This document shows positions 1 to 6,772 of a stretch of DNA of 64,000 nt, in pieces. Under the pieces are notes generated by a model. That model did no database searches. It was given only the letters and a program-made list of their open reading frames with translations, and was not told the DNA's origin. A program made the translations under genes and the position numbers. How positions within the stretch are numbered: the first letter of the stretch is position 1; the number at the start of each line of letters is the position of its first letter. Source of the DNA: Candidatus Spongiisociaceae bacterium. Lineage in GTDB: Bacteria; Actinomycetota; Acidimicrobiia; Spongiisociales; Spongiisociaceae. The stretch spans positions 1,536,001 to 1,600,000 of the forward strand of contig OZ241841.1 in assembly GCA_965202665.1 (NCBI GenBank). The letters run 5' to 3'.

Positions 1-170
1 CGCCCAATCCGGAATGGGGGTCCATGATCAACGCCGGGGCGTCTTTGATCATGCAGGGAATATGGTGGCCCTCCATCTTCCCCGGTTTGGCTATTGCGCT
101 GTCGGTCTATTCCCTGACCGCCTTCTCCGGGGAGGCGGGCGCCCCGCTCGGCCCGGCCGGTTCCTTATGA
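1..170 (+). CDS. Peptide/nickel ABC transporter permease (DppC/OppC-like), C-terminal fragment
   Basis: Frame 3 reads PNPEWGSMINAG...WWPSIFPGLAI, the typical DppC C-terminus. The TGA at 168-170 overlaps the next ATG. Confidence 0.85.
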   Translation, partial: PNPEWGSMINAGASLIMQGIWWPSIFPGLAIALSVYSLTAFSGEAGAPLGPAGSL

Positions 171-1138
171 GCGGGCCCTTGCTGTCCATTTCCGGCTTGG
201 AAGTCGCCATCGACAACCGGGCCTCCCCGCCGGTCATCCCCCTGCAAGGGGTGGATCTGGAGATATTTCCGGGGGAGACGGTGGGGCTGGTGGGGGAGAG
301 CGGGTCGGGCAAAAGCATGACTTTGCGTTCCATGTTGCGCATTCTTCCGCCCGGCGGGGCGGTGACCGGAGGGGACATCCGTTGGCGGGGCCGTTCCGTG
401 TTGGACATGGGAGCGGAAGAGTTGGAGGCCTTTCGGGGGGCGGAGATGGCGATGATCTACCAGAATCCGGCGGCGGCCCTGGACCCGGTGCTCACCGTCC
501 GCCGCCAAATAACCGACGCCTACCGCGCCAACCGGGACGAGCCGGACGGCGACCCGCGCCGTTTTGCGGATTCCGTCCTGCGGGAACTGGAGTTCGGCAA
601 CCCGCGCGATATTCTCCACCGTTACCCGCACCAGTTGAGCGGGGGCATGGCGCAAAGGGTCAACATCGCCCTCGCTTTGGCCTGCGGCCCTTCCCTGTTG
701 CTGGCCGACGAGCCGACCACCGGGTTGGACATGACCACCCAGTTGCGGGTGCTGGACTTGTTGGAGGAGCAGGTGCGGGTCCGCAACGCCGCTTTGCTGT
801 TCATCTCCCACGACCTGCGGGCGGTGGCCCGGGTGGCGCGGCGCATCGGGGTGATGTACGCCGGGCGCATCGTGGAATTCGGAGCCCGGGAGGAGTTGCT
901 GTCGGCCCCCGCCCACCCTTACACGCAGGCCCTCATCGAATGCATGGAGTTGCGCAGCGGGGAGCCGCCCCGTTCCATTCCCGGAGCGGTGCCTTCCATG
1001 ACCGACCGGCATTTGCTGTGCGCCTTCCGGGAACGTTGCCGGAGCCGGATGCCGGCGTGCGACCAGCAACCGGCCCCGGCCCGGTCGCTTAGCGGGGGGC
1101 GGCGGATGTTGTGCCATCTGGGAGCGGATGATGGGTGA
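167..1138 (+). CDS. Oligopeptide/dipeptide ABC transporter ATP-binding protein (DppD/OppD-like)
   Basis: Walker A GESGSGKS, LSGGMAQR, DEPTTGLD and a C-terminal Cys-rich oligoHPY tail. ATG at 167 is coupled to the upstream stop. Confidence 0.92.
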   Translation: MSGPLLSISGLEVAIDNRASPPVIPLQGVDLEIFPGETVGLVGESGSGKSMTLRSMLRILPPGGAVTGGDIRWRGRSVLDMGAEELEAFRGAEMAMIYQNPAAALDPVLTVRRQITDAYRANRDEPDGDPRRFADSVLRELEFGNPRDILHRYPHQLSGGMAQRVNIALALACGPSLLLADEPTTGLDMTTQLRVLDLLEEQVRVRNAALLFISHDLRAVARVARRIGVMYAGRIVEFGAREELLSAPAHPYTQALIECMELRSGEPPRSIPGAVPSMTDRHLLCAFRERCRSRMPACDQQPAPARSLSGGRRMLCHLGADDG

Positions 1139-2099
1139 GGGGCCGATACTGGAGGTGCGGGGCCTGTCCAAAACCTACCGGGTGCGGCGTTCGGTGGGCC
1201 GGGCGGAGTCGGTGCGGGCGGTGGAAGACGTTTCTTTTGCGGTGGACCGGGCCCGGATGGTGGGGATCGTGGGGGAAAGCGGCTCCGGTAAAACCACCGT
1301 GGCCCGTTGCCTGCTCGGTTTGACCGAACCCACCGGGGGGGAAATTTTGCTCAACGGGCAGCCGCTGACGGGACTTTCCATCCGGCGCATGCGGCCCCAC
1401 CGCCGCCATCTGCAGATGGTCTTCCAAATGCCCCATTCCTCGTTCGACCCCACCCACGCCGTTGGCAGCGCGGTGCGCCAGCCGTTGCGCCGCCTGCGCC
1501 CCGACCTGTCCCGGGCGGAGCAGGAGGAGCGGTTGCGCTACGTGCTGGGGGCGGTCGGTTTGGCCGAGGAGCTGTGGGGCCGGAAACCGGCCGCGTTGAG
1601 CGGGGGGCAGTTGCAACGGGCGGCCATCGCCCGCGCCTTGGCCCCCGACCCGGATCTGGTGGTGTTGGACGAACCGACTTCCTCGTTGGACCTGAGCGTG
1701 CGGGGCGAGATTTTGACCCTGTTGCAGGATTTGCGGCAGCGGCTGTTGGCGGCTTTCGTGTTCATCTCGCATGATTTGGAGGTGGTCCGGGCCTGCTCCG
1801 ATGACCTGATCGTTATGTATCTGGGCCAGATCGTGGAACAGGGCCCGGCTGACGAAGTGTTCGACGAGCCCCGTCACCCGTACACGCAGGCTCTGGTGGC
1901 GGCCAGCCGGTTCGCAACGGACGGGCCCGCGCTGGCCCCCAAAGGCGAGCACGACCCTTCCTCGGGTTGCCGCCTGTTCCCCCGCTGCCCTTTGGCCGAG
2001 CCCGACTGCGTCGCCGACCAGTCTTTGCTCCCCATAAGCGACCACCGCCAAGTCCGCTGCTGGAAAGCCCCCGCCCCCCAGTCGGTCACCGGACGCTGA
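1128..2099 (+). CDS. Oligopeptide/dipeptide ABC transporter ATP-binding protein (DppF/OppF-like)
   Basis: GESGSGKT, LSGGQLQR, DEPTSSLD, HPYT and the GCRLFPRC motif. Confidence 0.92.
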   Translation: MMGEGPILEVRGLSKTYRVRRSVGRAESVRAVEDVSFAVDRARMVGIVGESGSGKTTVARCLLGLTEPTGGEILLNGQPLTGLSIRRMRPHRRHLQMVFQMPHSSFDPTHAVGSAVRQPLRRLRPDLSRAEQEERLRYVLGAVGLAEELWGRKPAALSGGQLQRAAIARALAPDPDLVVLDEPTSSLDLSVRGEILTLLQDLRQRLLAAFVFISHDLEVVRACSDDLIVMYLGQIVEQGPADEVFDEPRHPYTQALVAASRFATDGPALAPKGEHDPSSGCRLFPRCPLAEPDCVADQSLLPISDHRQVRCWKAPAPQSVTGR

Positions 2100-2754
2100 G
2101 CATCCGCCCCAAGGTTTCCCGATCCAGGTCGATGATGCCATCCACCAGCTCCGACAACTCACGAGCTACGCTGCGCCGGTTAGGGGTGGCGGCCACCACA
2201 TGGGCGCCTAAATCTTGGGCGGTGCGCACCGCCTCCGCCAAGTCCCGGTCGCCCGAAACTAAAACTGCGGTATCGAACACTCCCTGTCCTGCTAACCGCA
2301 CCAGATCCAAGGCGATCAGCGTATCCACCCCCTTCTGCCTCCGCTCAGGCCGAAACTCCCAATGCCGTCGGAACTCGCTGGTTAGATGATCCGGCCCAAT
2401 CCCCAGTTCCTTCGCCGTTTTTCGGAGTGCTTTGAGCAATGGCTGATCAAAAGCCTGCCTGTTCTCAGAGATGTGGCCTAGTCTCAGTCGGATACCCGGG
2501 ATTTGTCCCACCTGAGCTAAAAACCCGCGTTGGTTTTTAGCCAACTTGTGCTCTATGTGGAACGTGGCATCGTACCAATAGGCGCGGACGAAGACGCCGC
2601 TGACCGGGTTGTCGCAGTCAGCTAAATTCCGACACCAATCGGCTATCGCCTCAGCGTCAAGACGAGTCTGGGAGATCCTTTTGTTCAGGGTCCCCGCTCC
2701 CGAGGCTCTCAAGAACCCCACATCAATGAGGACCGCATAGCCGGAAAAGTTCAT
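2086..2754 (-). CDS. NYN-domain (LabA/DUF88, PIN-like) ribonuclease
   Basis: LIDVGFL, RAYWYDA, QKGVDTLIALD and LVSGDRDL carry the acidic NYN catalytic motifs. RBS AAGGAG lies at 2771-2766. Alternative GTG start at 2766. Confidence 0.88.
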   Translation of the reverse strand: MNFSGYAVLIDVGFLRASGAGTLNKRISQTRLDAEAIADWCRNLADCDNPVSGVFVRAYWYDATFHIEHKLAKNQRGFLAQVGQIPGIRLRLGHISENRQAFDQPLLKALRKTAKELGIGPDHLTSEFRRHWEFRPERRQKGVDTLIALDLVRLAGQGVFDTAVLVSGDRDLAEAVRTAQDLGAHVVAATPNRRSVARELSELVDGIIDLDRETLGRMLSVR

Positions 2755-2771
2755 TTTTTCCGCCACTCCTT

Positions 2772-2803
2772 AAAAAAGGGGGACCCCTTCGTGAAGGGGT
2801 CCC
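2772..2803 (-). terminator. Intrinsic terminator directly before the NYN RBS
   Basis: On the - strand: GGGACCCCTTC-AC-GAAGGGGTCCC-CC-TTTTTT, followed by AAGGAG. Confidence 0.75.
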
Positions 2804-2964
2804 GGTTCACTTTTACGGCGGGGCCCGAAGGGAACCCGCCATTCCAAACGGGGAACCCTTTGAAAAGGGTTCCCCGTTTGTCTTTACAACGGGGGGGCTT
2901 TCCGCGGAAGCCCCCCCCAAAATGCACCCCCCAGGGGTGCGTACTAGCGCCGCTCAGGACGCCA
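2772..2964 (-). ncRNA. Candidate structured RNA (six-hairpin array), leader of the NYN gene, copy 1
   Basis: Consecutive stems at 2945-2964, 2924-2940, 2891-2918, 2845-2880 (16-bp perfect), 2817-2840 (cUUCGg loop on the - strand) and 2780-2803. Confidence 0.6.
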
Positions 2965-2970
2965 AGAGGT

Positions 2971-3000
2971 ATTATAAGCATCCCCTCCGCATCTTGTCAA
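2971..3000 (-). promoter_or_regulatory. Consensus sigma70 promoter driving the hairpin RNA and NYN gene
   Basis: TTGACA (3000-2995), 18-nt spacer, TATAAT (2976-2971). Confidence 0.75.
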
Positions 3001-3137
3001 ATGAGGATTGCCCCGGGCGGGATGAATGTTCCTAGCCGGGACCGATCGCGTTGCCGGGCCGGCTTTGTTCCTCGACGGACGCCCACTTGCCCCGTAGCGG
3101 ATACCAGACGGGTGGGTATCCAGGTAGGATGCTTTTG

Positions 3138-3350
3138 ATGATGGGTGATGCTGCAACTGCGGCTGATCGGTACGCCCCGAGCGATTGGGTGGACGATCCG
3201 GTCTCCGATGCCTACTTGGCGGAAGTCGCCGAGGCTTCCGAACGCGGCGAGTTCGCGGCCGAGATAGCCGACGCCGTCGAGCGACTGGAGGCCGCGTTGC
3301 CTGATGGCCGGCGGATCGTGGGCCCGCCTTGGCGCATAGTCGGGTCATAG
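3138..3350 (+). pseudogene. Small ORF, possibly the N-terminal remnant of a RelE/ParE-like toxin
   Basis: PVSDAYLAEV...AEIADAVERL...GPPW loosely resembles the N-terminus of RelE/gp49-like toxins. TAGGAT lies 7 nt upstream of the ATG. Confidence 0.3.
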
Positions 3351-3395
3351 GCTAAGCCGGGATAGGGTCCCCGCGAGCCCGCGGATATGCTGATT

Positions 3396-3497
3396 AAAGA
3401 GAAGGGACCCCTGGGTAAAGGGGTCCCTCTTACTTTACAACGGGGGGCCTTTTCCGCGGAAGGCCCCCCCAAAATGCACCCCCCAGGGGTGCGTTCA
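3396..3497 (-). ncRNA. Candidate structured RNA, copy 2 (three hairpins, no downstream ORF)
   Basis: Shares CTTTACAACGGGGGG...CCGCGGAAG...AAAATGCACCCCCCAGGGGTGCGT with copy 1. Ends in the stem AGGGACCCCT/AGGGGTCCCT (3403-3428) and a U-rich tail. Confidence 0.55.
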
Positions 3498-3503
3498 AGC
3501 CCC

Positions 3504-3531
3504 ATTATGCATCCCTTTCGCATTTTGTCAA
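3504..3531 (-). promoter_or_regulatory. Sigma70-like promoter of RNA copy 2
   Basis: TTGACA (3531-3526), 16-nt spacer, CATAAT (3509-3504). The spacer is homologous to that of the copy 1 promoter. Confidence 0.6.
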
Positions 3532-3749
3532 ACGTAGATTTACGCCCTTGCTCCTCCGTTCCGTTGTTTCCGCCGCGACGTTCCGGTTGGCGGTTGGCCG
3601 GCGAGAATGGGGGGTGGGGTTTTGAATTGGGCGGGGGCGGGTTAGGATGGGGGCATGCCGTGCGCGCCTAATGCCCGATGTCGAATGTCACCTGCCGGGG
3701 GTGGGTGAGTTGGACTATGGCGGGGGAATGATGGGCGCGGGAAAGGCAA

Positions 3750-4904
3750 ATGGGCGAAACCGTCGGGTCGGTCACGACCCAGTTTTACACTTTCGGGAGC
3801 GAAGAGGAACCGTTCGTATTTGAAAACGGCGGGTCGTTGCCCGAGGTCACTTTGGCCTACGAGGTTTACGGGGAGCTCAACTCCAAGCGGGACAACGCCA
3901 TCCTGCTTTTCCACGCCCTGACCGGCAGCCACCACGCCGCCGGCTACAACCCGTCCGTGCCGGGGGCGGGCGACCGTTGGACCGACGAGTTGCACACCGG
4001 CTGGTGGGACGAATTCATCGGCCCCGCCCGTTCGCTTAACACCGACAAGTTTGCGGTCATCTGCGTCAACTGGGTGGGGCACTGCTACGGTTCCACCGGC
4101 CCCGCCTCCCCCAACCCGGCCACCGGCCAACCGTACGGGTCCGCTTTCCCCCAAGTTTCGGTGGGCGACATCGTCCGCTCCCAGTTCCGCTTGCTGGACC
4201 ATCTGGGCGTGCAACGGCTGCATGCGGTGGTGGGGGCCAGCGTGGGGGGGATGATGTGCCTGGACGCGGCCGTCCGTTTCCCGGACCGGGTGCGTTTCAT
4301 CACTCCCATCGCGGCCGGACTGCGGGCCACCGACCTGCAGATCATCCACAACTTTGAGCAGATCAACGCCATTCGCAACGACCCGCACTGGAACGGCGGC
4401 GACTACTACCGGGGATCCCCGCCCGACGCCGGGTTGGCCCTGGCCCGGATGATCGGGCACAAAACTTTCGTGTCTTTGGATCAGATGCAGGCCCGGGCGC
4501 GGGCGGAAGTGGATGCGGACGAGGAACGGGTGCGCCTTCCCCTGGAAAGCTACATGTGGCACCAGGGGCAGAAGTTCGTGCTCCGTTTCGACGCCAACGC
4601 CTACCTGCGGGCCATGCTGGCTTGGCAGGACTTCGACCTGTACGCCGAGGCGGAACGCCGGGGAATGACCGTGCCGGAAATGCTGTCCGGCGGGGCCCAC
4701 CAGTATCTGGTGTTTTCCATCGACTCCGATGTCTGCTTCTATCACGAGGAGCAGGGGGAGATGGTGGAGGCCCTGAAGGCGGCGGCCCTTCCCCTCAACT
4801 GGATCACCGTCCACTCCGAAAACGGCCATGACGCGTTTCTGCTGGAACCGCACCTGTTCGAGCCGCATCTGCGCTACCACTTCGAGTCGGAGGGACTCTG
4901 CTGA
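3750..4904 (+). CDS. metX: Homoserine O-acetyltransferase
   Basis: HALTG, GASVGG nucleophile elbow, GHDAFLLE; adjacent to metY. Confidence 0.92.
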   Translation: MGETVGSVTTQFYTFGSEEEPFVFENGGSLPEVTLAYEVYGELNSKRDNAILLFHALTGSHHAAGYNPSVPGAGDRWTDELHTGWWDEFIGPARSLNTDKFAVICVNWVGHCYGSTGPASPNPATGQPYGSAFPQVSVGDIVRSQFRLLDHLGVQRLHAVVGASVGGMMCLDAAVRFPDRVRFITPIAAGLRATDLQIIHNFEQINAIRNDPHWNGGDYYRGSPPDAGLALARMIGHKTFVSLDQMQARARAEVDADEERVRLPLESYMWHQGQKFVLRFDANAYLRAMLAWQDFDLYAEAERRGMTVPEMLSGGAHQYLVFSIDSDVCFYHEEQGEMVEALKAAALPLNWITVHSENGHDAFLLEPHLFEPHLRYHFESEGLC

Positions 4905-6184
4905 TGGCGGAACGGGAATACGGGTTCGACACCCGCTCCATTCACGCCGGCCAACGTCCCGACCCGGAGTCGGGGGCGCGGGCCATGCCCATCTACCAGA
5001 CCACCTCCTATGTGTTCGAAGACCCGCAGCAGGCGGCCGACCTGTTCGCCTTGCAGAGTTTCGGTAACATTTACACCCGCATCGGCAACCCCACCACCGC
5101 CGCCTTCGAAGTGCGGATGGCTTCCCTGGAAGGCGGGCTGGGCGGTTTGGCGGCCGCTTCCGGGATGTCGGCCCAGCTGGTGGCCATCCTCACCGCCTGC
5201 GGGGCGGGCGACAACCTGATCGCCAACCGGGCCTTGTACGGGGGGACTTTCACCCAGTTGGATGTGACTTTGCGCCGCATGGGGATCACCGCCAAATTCG
5301 TAGACACCAACGACACGGACGCCATGGAGGCGGCCATCGACGACCGAACCCGGCTGGTCTACGGAGAGACGATCGGCAACCCGGGCGGGGACATTTTGGA
5401 CATCGCCGCCCTCTCCGAAACGGCCCATGCGCACGGGGTTCCCCTGTTCGTGGACAACACTTTCGCCACCCCCGCCCTGTGCCGCCCCATTGAGCACGGG
5501 GCGGATGTGGTGATTCATTCCGCCACCAAGTTCATCGGCGGACACGGGGCGGCCATCGCCGGGGCTTTGGTGGAAAACGGCCGGTTCCCATGGGACAGCG
5601 GCCGGTTCCCGGGCATCACCGAACCGTCCGCCGCCTATCACGGGCTCACCTTCTGGGAGAACTTCCGGGAATACGGCTACCTGATGAAAGCCCGTATGGA
5701 AACCATGCGGGACGTGGGGGCGGTCATCTCCCCTTTCAACTCTTTTCTGCTTCTGCTCGGTTTGGAAACGTTGACCCTGCGGATGGAAAAGCACGTAGCC
5801 AACGCGCAAGCGGTAGCCCGGTTTTTGGAGGACGACCGGCGGGTTTCCTGGGTTTCCTATCCGGGGCTGCCCTCCCACCCCCACTATGATCTGGCCGGCC
5901 GCTATCTGCCGGGAGGCCCGGGGGCGGTGTTCACTTTCGGCGCGGCGGGCGGATACGAGGCGGGGAGGTCGTTCATCCAACGGGCCGAGTTGGCCAGTCA
6001 TTTAGCCAACGTGGGGGACGCCAAAACTTTGATCATCCACCCGGCCAGCACCACCCATCAGCAGGTGCCGCCCGCCGAGCGGGAAGCGGCGGGGGTGGGG
6101 GACGACATGATCCGCATTTCGGTAGGCTTGGAGGACATCGACGACATTCTGTGGGATCTGGATCAAGCCTTGGGAGGAGGATGA
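4904..6184 (+). CDS. metY: O-acetylhomoserine aminocarboxypropyltransferase (sulfhydrylase)
   Basis: PIYQTTSY, YTRIGNPT, HSATKFIGGHG (PLP lysine), LANVGDAKTLIIHPASTTHQQ. Confidence 0.95.
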   Translation: MAEREYGFDTRSIHAGQRPDPESGARAMPIYQTTSYVFEDPQQAADLFALQSFGNIYTRIGNPTTAAFEVRMASLEGGLGGLAAASGMSAQLVAILTACGAGDNLIANRALYGGTFTQLDVTLRRMGITAKFVDTNDTDAMEAAIDDRTRLVYGETIGNPGGDILDIAALSETAHAHGVPLFVDNTFATPALCRPIEHGADVVIHSATKFIGGHGAAIAGALVENGRFPWDSGRFPGITEPSAAYHGLTFWENFREYGYLMKARMETMRDVGAVISPFNSFLLLLGLETLTLRMEKHVANAQAVARFLEDDRRVSWVSYPGLPSHPHYDLAGRYLPGGPGAVFTFGAAGGYEAGRSFIQRAELASHLANVGDAKTLIIHPASTTHQQVPPAEREAAGVGDDMIRISVGLEDIDDILWDLDQALGGG

Positions 6185-6694
6185 ATGAGCGCTGAAACTT
6201 TACATGAGAACGGGGGCGGCCCGGTACCGGAAGCCGACCCTAAAACCCGCCTGCGCCTTATTAGGGAGGCTCGTTCGGCGGCTCTGGTGGGGGTGTCCGG
6301 CAACGTGTTGCGTTCCTCCAACTTCGTGGCCGCCTATCTGGTGCGCACCCACCTGCGGATATATCCGGTGAACCCGATGTACGAGGAGGTGCTGGGGCTG
6401 AAATGCTATCCTTCCCTGGCCGACCTGCCGGAAGTTCCCGACATCGTGGATGTTTTCCGACGCCGGGAGGAGTTGTCGGGGGTGGTGGACCAGGCGATCG
6501 CCGTCGGAGCCAAGGCGGTGTGGTTCCAACTGGGCCTGCGGGACGATGCGGCGGCCCGCAAAGCCATGGACGCCGGGCTGGAAGTGGTGCAAAACCGTTG
6601 CCTGAAAATCGAGCACGCCCGTTTCTCAGGCCGGCTCAACCTGGCCGGGTTTGACACGGGCGTGGTGACCAGCCGCCGCCTGCGCGCCATATAG
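6185..6694 (+). CDS. CoA-binding protein (YccU-like)
   Basis: VGVSGN...YPVNP...PDIVDVFR...VWFQLG...NRCLKIEH. Confidence 0.88.
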   Translation: MSAETLHENGGGPVPEADPKTRLRLIREARSAALVGVSGNVLRSSNFVAAYLVRTHLRIYPVNPMYEEVLGLKCYPSLADLPEVPDIVDVFRRREELSGVVDQAIAVGAKAVWFQLGLRDDAAARKAMDAGLEVVQNRCLKIEHARFSGRLNLAGFDTGVVTSRRLRAI

Positions 6695-6772
6695 TCCGCA
6701 AGCCCAAGGCCTAATACCGGACGGAAGGGGGCGGGGTAGTATTATGGGGAAGCGGCTAAGAGAGGAGACCGG

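Noticed and set aside
2772-3531. CRISPR array interpretation of the hairpin repeats
   Set aside because: There are no identical regularly spaced repeats with unique spacers, and no cas genes in the window.
3540-3749. SAM riboswitch upstream of metX-metY
   Set aside because: No SAM-I/IV core (e.g. AUC-AGAG...GCAACC...GUGC) could be recognised by eye.
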